A DNA stretch of 43,055 nucleotides from a virus (IMGVR_UViG_3300035685_000004:1-43055), one strand, 5' to 3'; shown: positions 26,434 to 34,786, numbered from the stretch's first letter. Translations and numbers: made by a program. Notes: generated by a model from the sequence alone, not told the origin.

Positions 26434-26646
26434 ATGGCGATACGGACGGAACCGGCGTACAAGTTGGTGGATCACCCTGAACTCGGAGCGCTGGCGCAAC
26501 TCGTCAACGCGCTGGAGGTGGCCTTCTGTGGAATGCAGGGCAGCGGGCGCGAGGTGTGGCTGAGGGCGATTGAGCGCGACGCCACGCACCTCGCCGAAGT
26601 TGCCCGAGCCATGCAGGCGGGCGCGGCGAACGAGGTGACGCCGTGA
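26434..26646 (+). CDS. Hypothetical protein
   Basis: GGGAGGAG RBS. Confidence 0.7.
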   Translation: MAIRTEPAYKLVDHPELGALAQLVNALEVAFCGMQGSGREVWLRAIERDATHLAEVARAMQAGAANEVTP

Positions 26647-26852
26647 GCGACGCCGACACCATCTCAACCGCCCTGGCCCGCATCCGCGCCGCGCACCGCC
26701 GCTCGGGTTGGGTGGAGTGCCGCAGTCGCACGGCTCAGGTGTACTGGGGCGATGGGTGCTCCGACTGCCGGCCCGAGCTGGACCTCTCGGAACAGCACGT
26801 CGCCAATCGCGCCGACCTCGCCGTGCGCGCTTGGAAGGATGGACAGCGATGA
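26643..26852 (+). CDS. Hypothetical protein
   Basis: GTGA coupling; GAGG RBS. Confidence 0.65.
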   Translation: MSDADTISTALARIRAAHRRSGWVECRSRTAQVYWGDGCSDCRPELDLSEQHVANRADLAVRAWKDGQR

Positions 26853-27094
26853 GCCCCGCCCTCTCCCTGGTGCCCGAAGAGGAGATGACCACCGAGGCGC
26901 TCGCGCAGGGCATCTCCGACGTGCTGGCGGCCAACCGGGAGGAGATTGACCGCCTGCGTCGGGCCCTCTTCGCCGTGGGCACGCTCACCGGCCAGCTCCG
27001 ACAGGACGTGGACGACGGGGCCACGCAGGCCACGATTGCCGCGGCCCTGGAGTACATCCGCAACCGCGCACACGACGCACTGGAGCAGAGATGA
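26849..27094 (+). CDS. Hypothetical protein
   Basis: ATGA coupling. Confidence 0.7.
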   Translation: MSPALSLVPEEEMTTEALAQGISDVLAANREEIDRLRRALFAVGTLTGQLRQDVDDGATQATIAAALEYIRNRAHDALEQR

Positions 27095-28065
27095 GTGAGA
27101 AGGAAAAGACCCTGCGAGCGCTACTGGGTAGCATCCCGCTGTGGAACGAGGTGTCCGGCGCCGTCACTGCCCTGGACGAGTTGCTGGCCGAGCACCGCGC
27201 CGAGGTGGAGGCACTCCAAGACGAGTGCGCTGGTTCGCAGGGCGGCGGCGAGGTGTGCGGCGCATGCGCCGGGTGTGTTCGGCTGCTCAGGAGCGAGCGG
27301 GACGCCATCCGCGCCAAGGTGTCCAGCACCCGTGACGCGGCGCTGGAGGAAGGGGCCCGAGACCTTTGGGCCCACGCGGCATGGCTTCGGGAGGACGGGG
27401 AACGCGTGGGCCCAATCTATGCCGAATCGCACGCCAAACGACTCCGAGCCCTGAAGTCCAGCCCCGCCGAGAGGTTCTTCAGTGAAAGCGAGGTGCGGGA
27501 GGTGCTCAACGAGGACCCGACCTACGGACGGGCCCCGGCCTACATGAGCGGTGACGAGGCTTCGGCGTGGGAAGATGGCTGGTCGGCCTCGTCGCGACAT
27601 GCGGCGAAGCGCCTCGGCGTGGACCTCGACGCCGCGCAGGAGACGTGCCCGGGGACGATACAGATCATCCGCTCCGGCGATTCCGAGGCGTTCCCGTGCC
27701 GCAAGCCCAAGGGACATGGCGGCGACTGCGACCCAGTCCCCCGCGGGAGCATCACCCTCGCCGGCCGGCCGTACCCGCCAGGACAGGTATATAACGAGTC
27801 TGAGCCGCCGCCCCGCCTCCTGGGCCAGTGCGCCGGCTGCGACGCCCAAGCAGACGACCCGGCGGGTCAACACCGGTTCTCGTGCTCGGTCTACGGCAAG
27901 CGGACGACGCGGGTCGGCGCAACGAAAACCGCCGAGGGGTTCCGGGTCGCCGAACCCGCCCCCACTGACTCGACGCCACTGGATGCCTGCGAGTGCGGCG
28001 GCCGGAACAGTCGGTGTCGCCGCTGCGACGGCACGGGTTTCTACCGCGCCCATCAGGAAGAGTAA
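27091..28065 (+). CDS. Mosaic Cys-rich protein (324 aa)
   Basis: Several Zn-ligand clusters: CGACAGC, C..C..H..C, CAGC..H..C, CECG..CRRCDGTG. Confidence 0.7.
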   Translation: MSEKEKTLRALLGSIPLWNEVSGAVTALDELLAEHRAEVEALQDECAGSQGGGEVCGACAGCVRLLRSERDAIRAKVSSTRDAALEEGARDLWAHAAWLREDGERVGPIYAESHAKRLRALKSSPAERFFSESEVREVLNEDPTYGRAPAYMSGDEASAWEDGWSASSRHAAKRLGVDLDAAQETCPGTIQIIRSGDSEAFPCRKPKGHGGDCDPVPRGSITLAGRPYPPGQVYNESEPPPRLLGQCAGCDAQADDPAGQHRFSCSVYGKRTTRVGATKTAEGFRVAEPAPTDSTPLDACECGGRNSRCRRCDGTGFYRAHQEE

Positions 28066-28106
28066 CCCGAAGGGCCCGACGCCGAAAGGTGCCGGGCCCT
28101 TCGGGT
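28065..28106. terminator. Strong hairpin between convergent genes
   Basis: ACCCGAAGGGCCCG...CGGGCCCTTCGGGT. Confidence 0.75.
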
Positions 28107-28108
28107 GT

Positions 28109-28354
28109 CTACCGCTTGCGCCACCCGGGCGAGGCGAGGCCGAAGAGCACGGCCACGTCGGTGATGGCGTCGGCGGCCACCTGGGCAGGGTGACCCACCG
28201 GGAAGGCCCTTGCGGTCACCAGAGCTGCGGCGACGAGCGCGGTGAGCCACGGGACGGCCTTGGGCGGGATGAGCGCGCCGTGGGCGGGTTCGGGTTGCTG
28301 CTCGTTTTTGAGGACGGGTCGCCCCTCGGAGAGGGACACGGCGGGGTCGGACAT
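28109..28354 (-). CDS. Holin-like small membrane protein
   Basis: Two hydrophobic segments and a basic tail WRKR; AGGAGG RBS. Confidence 0.5.
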   Translation of the reverse strand: MSDPAVSLSEGRPVLKNEQQPEPAHGALIPPKAVPWLTALVAAALVTARAFPVGHPAQVAADAITDVAVLFGLASPGWRKR

Positions 28355-28383
28355 GCTGCCTCCTGTGCCGAGCGAAGGCTCGG

Positions 28384-28758
28384 CTAGGGCGGCAGCGTAC
28401 CCCGGGCCGAGCGTACTGGGAACGCCGGCTGGCTCCGGAGCACCTCCCGGACGTCGCTGCGCACCTCGAGCACCACGGCCCGGACCTCGCCCAGCGTCGC
28501 CGCCTGCACGTCCAGGCGCCCCCTGTCCACCGCGGCCTGGGCCTTCAGGGCGTCCACCTCCGACCGGAGCGCGCTGTTGTCGATCCGCCCCTGGTCGATG
28601 TCGCGCCGCATGAACTCGGTTTTCATGAAGAGTCCACCGGCCAGCACCGCCACGCCAAGCACGCTCGCCAATACCTTCCAGGAAAAGGTGGTCTCGTCGT
28701 TGATGGCGACGACGTGACGTGTCGGAACCGGCGGACCCGGGGCGGGTTGCTGACTCAT
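28384..28758 (-). CDS. TM + coiled-coil protein, possible lysis accessory
   Basis: VLASVLGVAVLAGGLF followed by heptad-like sequence. Confidence 0.55.
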   Translation of the reverse strand: MSQQPAPGPPVPTRHVVAINDETTFSWKVLASVLGVAVLAGGLFMKTEFMRRDIDQGRIDNSALRSEVDALKAQAAVDRGRLDVQAATLGEVRAVVLEVRSDVREVLRSQPAFPVRSARGTLPP

Positions 28759-28827
28759 GCCCACACGGTGTCACAACTGACTCACGCAGAGCAAGCAGGC
28801 ATGTGCGCGAGGTGCTCGCGCCGCCCG

Positions 28828-28860
28828 CAAGACGAAGGACCCGGGTTGCCCCGGGCCCTG
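28828..28860 (-). terminator. Intrinsic terminator, CTTCGTCTT family
   Basis: AGGGCCCGG-GGCAAC-CCGGGTCCT followed by TCGTCTT. Confidence 0.75.
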
Positions 28861-28862
28861 TC

Positions 28863-28936
28863 CGCCGCGCCGTGGATTCGAACCACGCTCCTCCGCTTTT
28901 CGGCGGCGGCCGAATCCTGCTCGGCCCCTGCGCCAC
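28863..28936 (-). ncRNA. tRNA-shaped RNA with a non-canonical anticodon arm
   Basis: 74 nt: acceptor GTGGCGC/GCGCGGC (6 of 7 pairs), D-like arm GGCCGA/TCGGCC, short arm CCGC-CGAAAA-GCGG, perfect T arm CGTGG-TTCGAAT-CCACG; no encoded CCA. Confidence 0.65.
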
Positions 28937-28998
28937 TTCCTAGGCTTCATCCGTCCGGGGTGCGCACCCCTCGCGGACTCCGCTTCGACATACCTCAG

Positions 28999-29027
28999 AC
29001 GGTACGCCCGCACGAGCCCCGACGCAA
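28999..29027 (-). promoter_or_regulatory. Promoter for the tRNA-like unit
   Basis: TTGCGT-17-TACCGT. Confidence 0.65.
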
Positions 29028-29312
29028 CTACCGGCGCAGGGCGGTCAGGCGAATCAACGTGCCTTCGATGTCCGTCTTCCCCACGTGTCCGGTCATCACG
29101 CGGCGTACCTCCTCCAGCGTGAACACGGGCAGAGCGTCGGTGAGGGCGGCACGAACCTGCTCCAACGCAGCGGAGTACGTGGCAGGCGTATGCCCCTGAG
29201 CCAGGATGGCGCGCAAAGCCGCGTCCTGCGCCCCCATGCAGCGCTCCAGCAGGGAGAGGGCGGCATGCGCCCGCTGGTCCCTCGTGCTGTCGTTGAGGTA
29301 GGCGCGCACCAC
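29028..29312 (-). CDS. Hypothetical protein (about 94 aa) in its own cassette
   Basis: GTG start just downstream of CTGGAC-17-TACCTT; start position uncertain. Confidence 0.6.
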   Translation of the reverse strand: MVRAYLNDSTRDQRAHAALSLLERCMGAQDAALRAILAQGHTPATYSAALEQVRAALTDALPVFTLEEVRRVMTGHVGKTDIEGTLIRLTALRR

Positions 29313-29351
29313 TGCGGCAAGGACAAGGTACACGCTCGCACGCCGAAGTCC

Positions 29352-29392
29352 AGAAAGACGAAGGCCCACGGAGAGGGGGGTCCGTGGGCCTT
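29352..29392 (-). terminator. Intrinsic terminator, CTTCGTCTTT family
   Basis: AAGGCCCACGGA-CCCCCCTC-TCCGTGGGCCTT followed by CGTCTTTCT. Confidence 0.8.
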
Positions 29393-29399
29393 GCCTGCC

Positions 29400-29512
29400 T
29401 CGCTTCTAGGGCCGGGAGGGGCGTCCCGGTGGGTATCCTCATGCGACAAGGGCGGGGAGTCGCCCGACGGAGTCCGCTACCTCCGTCAATCCGCATGCGT
29501 TCGACCCAGTCC
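29400..29512 (-). ncRNA. Candidate structured small RNA
   Basis: Nested stems CATGCG/CGCATG, GACGGAG/CTCCGTC, GGGCG/CGCCC, plus CCGGGA/TCCCGG, between a weak promoter and a terminator. Confidence 0.4.
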
Positions 29513-29551
29513 CCTACCTACGCCGAGTCCGGGCCCGGCGCAAGTTCTCCG

Positions 29552-29962
29552 TCAACCCGTGCGAGGGATGCGGCGGAACGTGTTCGGTCCCTCGCCTTCC
29601 TTGCAGCGCACCGCGAAGTCGCGACGGTGCGGAGTCTCGGCGCTCTCGTCACGCACGTCGAGGTCGTAAAACACCGCGCCGTCCTCGCTCTTGACGAGAC
29701 CCGTCACCTTGGCGGGCAGATCGTCGCCCGAGCCATCCGCCGTGACGTACACGACAGCGTCTCCGACAGCGGGTTCGGGGCTGCCGTAGCGCTCCGTGTC
29801 GCGCGCCCTCTTGCCGGCCGCAAGGGAAACCGCCGCCTCCTCCAGGAGGCTCGCTGCCTTTGCGGCCTCGGCCGCGCCCGGCCCCGCGGCAATCCCGATG
29901 CGAGCGAGTTTGGTCCTGTACAGCGCCTTGCCTGTCGCCTCTTGCGCCTCTTCGATGCTCAT
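29552..29962 (-). CDS. Hypothetical protein with an SH3-like C-terminal region
   Basis: GAGGAG RBS; PAVGDAVVYV...LPAKVT. Confidence 0.7.
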   Translation of the reverse strand: MSIEEAQEATGKALYRTKLARIGIAAGPGAAEAAKAASLLEEAAVSLAAGKRARDTERYGSPEPAVGDAVVYVTADGSGDDLPAKVTGLVKSEDGAVFYDLDVRDESAETPHRRDFAVRCKEGEGPNTFRRIPRTG

Positions 29963-30010
29963 GGCTCTGCTCCTCTCGTGCTGCTGTGAAGACGCTCTGC
30001 GCGTCGGTTG

Positions 30011-30922
30011 CTACCCCTGCGCCCCGGGCTCGTCGGGCGGCTCCGCATCGGGATGGGAGAGCGGGAGGGCCGGTTCCGTCTTCGCGTCCTCGGGTGGGGC
30101 CTTCGTCGCCTCTCGCGCCTTCTTGGCCTTCAGCGTGTCTCGGAGTCCATCGACCCCAACAGCCGGCGTCACGGTGTGCGTCGCCTCGTCATCCACCCCG
30201 CGCGCCTCGGCCTCAACGTCGGCCTCCAGCGCCTCGCGGAGACGTGCGGCTTGCTCCGAGCTGGGCACGCCGATGGTCTTGAAGGCGTTTTTGATGCTCG
30301 TCTTCTTGATCATCTCCGGACGATGCTTGCCGCCCCATGGGCCACCCTTAGGCGCGCCGGATTCCACGCGCTCGATGTCGTCCAGGTAGATGAGGCCCTT
30401 GATGACGTGCTCGCCGCTCGGCAGCAGGACGCGGGTGTATGCGGCGATGATGGCCCCGCGCTTGTCCGTCGCCTTCTTCGGGATGAACGGCTTGTGGCGC
30501 ACGCGCGGCCGGTCTCCCTCGTCCACCTCGAACGCATCGTTCTCGTACACCAGCACGGGCGACATGTCGCGCACCGCGCCCGCGAGCACCGCCAGCGCGA
30601 CGAGTCCCTTGTAGCCCGGCACGAAGGTGCACTCCCTCCCGTAGGGCACAAGGTACCCATGCCCGAGCGCACCGCCAGCGACGTCGATTCCAAGCTTCGC
30701 CGCCTTCATCACGGCGATGACAATGGAGCCCCGGTCGCAGGTCATCAGGCTCGGCTGCTGCGCCAAGGCCAAGCCCACGGAGGCCTTGAACCGCTGCGCC
30801 GTCATGTCGGGCGGGAGCAAGTCCTCCAGCTTCGCTTGCCGCGAGCTGATGTCCTCCATGATGGTCAGGAGCATTTTGTCCACGGGGCCTTGCTGCGTCT
30901 TCTGAATCGCCTGCGTCGTCAT
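30011..30922 (-). CDS. recT: RecT-family single-strand annealing protein
   Basis: LMTCDRGSI..A...AAKLG...GHGYLVPY...GYKGLVALA..VYENDAF..EMIKKTSIK. Confidence 0.92.
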   Translation of the reverse strand: MTTQAIQKTQQGPVDKMLLTIMEDISSRQAKLEDLLPPDMTAQRFKASVGLALAQQPSLMTCDRGSIVIAVMKAAKLGIDVAGGALGHGYLVPYGRECTFVPGYKGLVALAVLAGAVRDMSPVLVYENDAFEVDEGDRPRVRHKPFIPKKATDKRGAIIAAYTRVLLPSGEHVIKGLIYLDDIERVESGAPKGGPWGGKHRPEMIKKTSIKNAFKTIGVPSSEQAARLREALEADVEAEARGVDDEATHTVTPAVGVDGLRDTLKAKKAREATKAPPEDAKTEPALPLSHPDAEPPDEPGAQG

Positions 30923-31929
30923 CGCTTTCCCTTCGAGATGGCGCGGGGGGCAAACGGCCTGTTCCCCTCCGTCGCCTTGGTGTGCTGCTTCACCAGCGCC
31001 CGCATCCGCGCGGCAAACGCCGGGTCCTCGTCGTCCAGTGCGGCGAGCACGGCCTTCCAGTCCGTCGCCGTGCCGGGTTTGTTCTGCCTCCAGTCGATTC
31101 GCTTCCAGCCGCTCTCCTCGGGCAACCCATTCACGCCCGGGGCAGCACCCACCAGCAGTTTCGCCCGTGTTTCCCACAGCGCCAGCCTGTCTGTCGCCGC
31201 CGCCTGCTCGGCGTGAGCGCGGAGGTACTCTGCAAGCAGCGCCTGCCCATCGGGCGGGAGGGAGTTGAAGTCCAGGTGCTCGCTCGTCTCGTGGCGCGGG
31301 AAGCGACGCTTGATGGCCTCCAGGTCGTTTGGGAGCGCGGTTACGTCCGGGGGCCGACCGGTGAGTACGTGGTCCACCCAGAAGCGATCCACGGCCTCGG
31401 AGAGCAGGCCGTATGCCTCCGCGTCGAAGTGCACTACGTAGAGCCGAAAATCACCAGCGACGAGCGCCGGCACATCAGCTCGGTCGTCCTCCGCGAAGCC
31501 CGTGCGCCGGCCATGCCCCATGTACCACTGGGTCTGTGCAAGGTACTGCGCGGGGATGGCGTCCGTCCCGTCATCCCCCCAGAGGTGGGCCACGCTCGCA
31601 CCCGCCGTCTTGGCTTCGACCACGCGCGCGACGTCGTCCGACGGGCCCGGTCCCCAGGAGACCGCATCGATGCTGGCGCGGAGGTGCGGGCGGCCACCGT
31701 CGCGCATGATGATGCCCTTCTGCGTGCGCCGCCCCGTGGTGTCCGCGTACCACTGGAGCACGACGGGTTCCAAGCGCCGGCCACGGTCGGCGTAGGCGCT
31801 CGCGCCCCCGTCTACGCCGTGGACGATCCGCTCCCAGACCGCATAGGCGCTGGCGTACGGGTTGACCCCGGCGATGGCAGCCACGTCGCTCCCGCCCACC
31901 TTCTTCATGTCCTCCGGGCTCAGGCTCAT
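30919..31929 (-). CDS. YqaJ-like (lambda-exonuclease family) nuclease
   Basis: VGGSDVAAIAGVNPY, G..LEP, ASIDA, VEAKT, Y.AQ.QWYM. Confidence 0.92.
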   Translation of the reverse strand: MSLSPEDMKKVGGSDVAAIAGVNPYASAYAVWERIVHGVDGGASAYADRGRRLEPVVLQWYADTTGRRTQKGIIMRDGGRPHLRASIDAVSWGPGPSDDVARVVEAKTAGASVAHLWGDDGTDAIPAQYLAQTQWYMGHGRRTGFAEDDRADVPALVAGDFRLYVVHFDAEAYGLLSEAVDRFWVDHVLTGRPPDVTALPNDLEAIKRRFPRHETSEHLDFNSLPPDGQALLAEYLRAHAEQAAATDRLALWETRAKLLVGAAPGVNGLPEESGWKRIDWRQNKPGTATDWKAVLAALDDEDPAFAARMRALVKQHTKATEGNRPFAPRAISKGKR

Positions 31930-32075
31930 GGCTTCTTCACCTTCCGCATCTCCTCGCGGATGAAGCCTTGAGCCATCCGGAGCACGTTGGCCTCAGCCGC
32001 CCACCGCTCGTACCGCCCAGCCTCCCGCCCGATGCGGCGCAGCAGTCTCTTCAGCACTTCGCTCGTGTCGCTCAT
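31926..32075 (-). CDS. Hypothetical protein (49 aa)
   Basis: ATGA couplings; GAGG RBS. Confidence 0.55.
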   Translation of the reverse strand: MSDTSEVLKRLLRRIGREAGRYERWAAEANVLRMAQGFIREEMRKVKKP

Positions 32076-32281
32076 GTCGCCTCGGATTCTAATGCGGCGT
32101 CTGACACATCCCAGCAGCAGCGCGGCGGGATGCGTCCGGAACAGTCGGTGAGGTACGTCGCGCCGTGCTGGCACCGCATTTCGTCCCGCTCGCGCAGTAG
32201 CGGCGCGTGGTACAGCGCGCCGATCGGCTTCATGCTCCCGCACTTGGCACAGGGCTCGACCTTCACGCGGGAGGTCACCAC
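32072..32281 (-). CDS. Small Cys-rich protein
   Basis: CAKC, CQHG, PRCCW. Confidence 0.55.
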   Translation of the reverse strand: MVTSRVKVEPCAKCGSMKPIGALYHAPLLRERDEMRCQHGATYLTDCSGRIPPRCCWDVSDAALESEAT

Positions 32282-32556
32282 GACGCCACCGCGTCAACGT
32301 CGTCCTCCACGGCCGGAACGCGCGTCGCCCACTCCAACGCCCACTGCGCCGTCTCCCGGACTTCGCGTCGCGGGTGGTGGAGGAACGTCGTCACCAGCGC
32401 TGACCACTTCGAGTCGAACCAATTGACGCGGCACCAGAGGCACAGGTCAACCGACACGGCGCAGTCTGGCCCCGCCATACCCGGGAAGATGAGCACCGGC
32501 CGAAGGAACACGCGCCGGTCGCAGTGTGCGCAGTCGCCAAGATGGTCACGCTTCAT
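32275..32556 (-). CDS. Small Zn-finger protein
   Basis: CAHC and CLWC; GGAGG RBS. Confidence 0.6.
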   Translation of the reverse strand: MKRDHLGDCAHCDRRVFLRPVLIFPGMAGPDCAVSVDLCLWCRVNWFDSKWSALVTTFLHHPRREVRETAQWALEWATRVPAVEDDVDAVASW

Positions 32557-32827
32557 CGCCCACCTCCAGCGTCCCGTGCGGCGTGCTCTCCATCTTCCCC
32601 AGCGCGGCGGTGAGGGCTAGCGTCGTCGGATGCCGGTCGGCTCCACGGCGGGCGCGACCCAGCCAACGGACGAAGCGCGCCTGCTGTCGCGCCCGGGGCC
32701 CAGGCGCAAAGAGGATGGCCTGTCCCTTCGCCCAGCATGGCGCGGGGCAAATGTCTGCTAGACCTTCCGTTGGTTCGGTCTCCATCCACGCACCGCACCG
32801 GATGCATCTCAGGCGGAGGAGCGTCAT
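32546..32827 (-). CDS. Small Zn-finger protein
   Basis: CIRC and CPAPC. Confidence 0.55.
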   Translation of the reverse strand: MTLLRLRCIRCGAWMETEPTEGLADICPAPCWAKGQAILFAPGPRARQQARFVRWLGRARRGADRHPTTLALTAALGKMESTPHGTLEVGDEA

Positions 32828-33000
32828 GACTCGACAACCTCGACGGCGACGATGTCGAACGACGAGGTCACGCCAGCGGCAGCGCGAGCACGCCGCACTT
32901 CCTCCTTGGTGAGGTCGGTAGGCGACTCGTCCGGCCCATGTTCCACCTCAAGCTCGACTTCGCACTCGCTGCGCAGCGTGACGCGCACCTTGGTCTTCAC
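32824..33000 (-). CDS. Hypothetical protein (58 aa)
   Basis: Hand translation MKTKVRVTLRSECEVELEVEH...; coupled at both ends. Confidence 0.65.
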   Translation of the reverse strand: MKTKVRVTLRSECEVELEVEHGPDESPTDLTKEEVRRARAAAGVTSSFDIVAVEVVES

Positions 33001-33182
33001 GGCTTCACCTTCCTCGCCTCGGCAACGGCCTTGCTCAGGAGTTGCGGCGACACCTTGCGCTGGGCGGCAGCGGCGATGATGCCATGCCCCTCCAGCACGT
33101 CACCCACCGCACTGCGAAGGCGCCTCTCCCGGTCGACGTCCTTGCGCGGGCTGCGGCGCTCTTCGTTCTGGCGGGCGTTCAC
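32997..33182 (-). CDS. Hypothetical protein
   Basis: GTGA coupling; GGAGG RBS. Confidence 0.6.
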   Translation of the reverse strand: MNARQNEERRSPRKDVDRERRLRSAVGDVLEGHGIIAAAAQRKVSPQLLSKAVAEARKVKP

Positions 33183-33412
33183 GACGCCTCCGCGTTGTTG
33201 ATGCGCTTCGCCCACTTGCGACGGAACTTGTCGACCTCGCGCATCCCACGCTCCTTCAGGCCGAGCTGAAACCAGCCACGCACCTTGTCGTCCATGATGG
33301 AGGCGCGGAACTCGTCCGAGCGCCGCCACTCCGGTATGTGATGCTCGCAGAGCCCTTCCTCCTTAACAGGTCGCTCGCAGGTCTCGATCATGCACGGCTT
33401 GTTCTTGGGCAC
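33179..33412 (-). CDS. Small Zn-finger protein, first gene of the leftward operon
   Basis: C..ETC..GLCEHH; GGAGG RBS. Confidence 0.7.
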   Translation of the reverse strand: MPKNKPCMIETCERPVKEEGLCEHHIPEWRRSDEFRASIMDDKVRGWFQLGLKERGMREVDKFRRKWAKRINNAEAS

Positions 33413-33449
33413 GCTGCCTCCATTGGCGCCCCTCGGCGCTCATGGCCAA

Positions 33450-33511
33450 GAGGTACACCAGAACATCTCGCGGCGCAATATCTTGCGCGTCGCTTTCTTG
33501 CGGTGCATTCT
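33450..33511. promoter_or_regulatory. Back-to-back divergent promoters
   Basis: Palindrome GCGCAA-TATC-TTGCGC. Right: TTGCGC-17-CATTCT. Left: TTGCGC-17-TACCTC. Confidence 0.65.
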
Positions 33512-33517
33512 CTGCGC

Positions 33518-33742
33518 ATGTCCAAGAACAGCCCCCGTGCCGCTGTGCTGCTCGGCCAGCGTCTTCGCAAAGCCCGCCTCGCCGCTGGCCTTTCGCGGGC
33601 CGGTATAGCCCGCAACCTCGGCGTCGTCGAAAACTCCGTCGGCAATTGGGAGGCCGGCACGTCCGGCATCAAGGTGATCGACATGCTGAAATTCGCCAGC
33701 GCCTGCTCCGTGTCGCCCGCCTCCCTGCTGGAGGGGTTGTGA
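33518..33742 (+). CDS. XRE-family HTH regulator (74 aa)
   Basis: LGQRLRKARLAAGLSRAGIARNLGV..NSVGNWEAG. Confidence 0.9.
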   Translation: MSKNSPRAAVLLGQRLRKARLAAGLSRAGIARNLGVVENSVGNWEAGTSGIKVIDMLKFASACSVSPASLLEGL

Positions 33743-34005
33743 GCCTGGAGGACATCATCGCCGAGGTTCGTGCGGTGGATGCGCGCATTGAACAGCTCGC
33801 CGCGGCGGGGCCCCGTGCCCTCGCGTTTCCGCGCCACAACGCGGGTCCCGTGACCGTGTCGCCAGACCCGTCGAAGCCCGGGAGGTGGCGGGCCACCCGC
33901 TTCGACCGCGACATGGATCCGGTTGGCCACACTGAGGCGGCCGACTTCCGTGGCGCGCTGGAGGCCGCTCGACACGCTGGCGCCATCTTCGAGGAGACGC
34001 AATGA
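33739..34005 (+). CDS. Hypothetical protein
   Basis: GTGA coupling; GGAGG RBS. Confidence 0.7.
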   Translation: MSLEDIIAEVRAVDARIEQLAAAGPRALAFPRHNAGPVTVSPDPSKPGRWRATRFDRDMDPVGHTEAADFRGALEAARHAGAIFEETQ

Positions 34006-34364
34006 CCCCGCCCACCGATCGCCCCATGCCGTGGCACGACACGGCACAGTGCGAGGACACCAGTAGCGGTTCTCGCTGCGCCGGCCCGATGGTTCCGGCT
34101 GACTTCGGCGACAACGTCTTTCCCGACGACCGCATTCGGTGCGCCGCCTGTGGCTCCGCCAGGAGCGGTCCTCCCGAGGACGTAAAGAAGACACTGCGCG
34201 CCCACCGCGCCTGGGAGATGCTCGAGGCTGGCGCCATCCATCCGGACCGCACGTGCTCGCGCTGCGGCTGGGTGCTGCCCATCGACTCCGAGCGCACCTG
34301 TCCGCCGTGCGTCAAGAAGGACATGATCGAGCGACAGGCGTCGCTGTTCCCGGAGGTGGCGTGA
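34002..34364 (+). CDS. Zn-finger protein
   Basis: CAAC, CSRC, CPPC. Confidence 0.7.
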   Translation: MTPPTDRPMPWHDTAQCEDTSSGSRCAGPMVPADFGDNVFPDDRIRCAACGSARSGPPEDVKKTLRAHRAWEMLEAGAIHPDRTCSRCGWVLPIDSERTCPPCVKKDMIERQASLFPEVA

Positions 34365-34780
34365 TGGGTCTCGGTGATGACATGGGTGGCCCTGTCTTCG
34401 TCTGCGGCACGTTCCCGCGCGAGAGGCGCACGAAATGCAGCGTGTGCCGAACGAACTGGAGTTCGCTTCTGTGCGACGGCGAAGTGTCTCCCGGCAAGAC
34501 GTGCGACGCGAAACTCTGTGAGATGTGCACCACCCGCCCCGCGCCGAACGTGGTGATGCTGCCAGACCACCGTGTCGGCGGATGGATGAACGGCGTACAC
34601 CTCCTTCATCACGACAGGCGCCGCGCGCTTCGAGACCAGCGGCCTATGACACGCATGCGCGACGACGTGGCGAAAGACCCGAAGCGACCAACCAGAGTTG
34701 AGGTGCCGCCAGAGACGGTGGACTTCTGCCCGTCATGCGCTCGGCGTCCTACGAAACCGCGTCAGGCGTCTCTGTTCTGA
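34364..34780 (+). CDS. Cys-rich Zn-finger protein
   Basis: CSVC, LLCD, TCDAKLCEMC, DFCPSC. Confidence 0.7.
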   Translation: MGLGDDMGGPVFVCGTFPRERRTKCSVCRTNWSSLLCDGEVSPGKTCDAKLCEMCTTRPAPNVVMLPDHRVGGWMNGVHLLHHDRRRALRDQRPMTRMRDDVAKDPKRPTRVEVPPETVDFCPSCARRPTKPRQASLF

Positions 34781-34786
34781 AAGAAC

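Noticed and set aside
28863-28936. Functional tRNA or tmRNA
   Set aside because: 6-nt loop without U33, short anticodon stem, no CCA, and no tmRNA tag or Ala identity. Kept only as a tRNA-like RNA.
28771-29496. 241-aa minus-strand ORF
   Set aside because: It crosses two terminators and overlaps the better 29028 ORF; R/P/G-rich composition.
30008-31971. Plus-strand ORFs of 402 and 329 aa
   Set aside because: Antisense to recT and the YqaJ nuclease.
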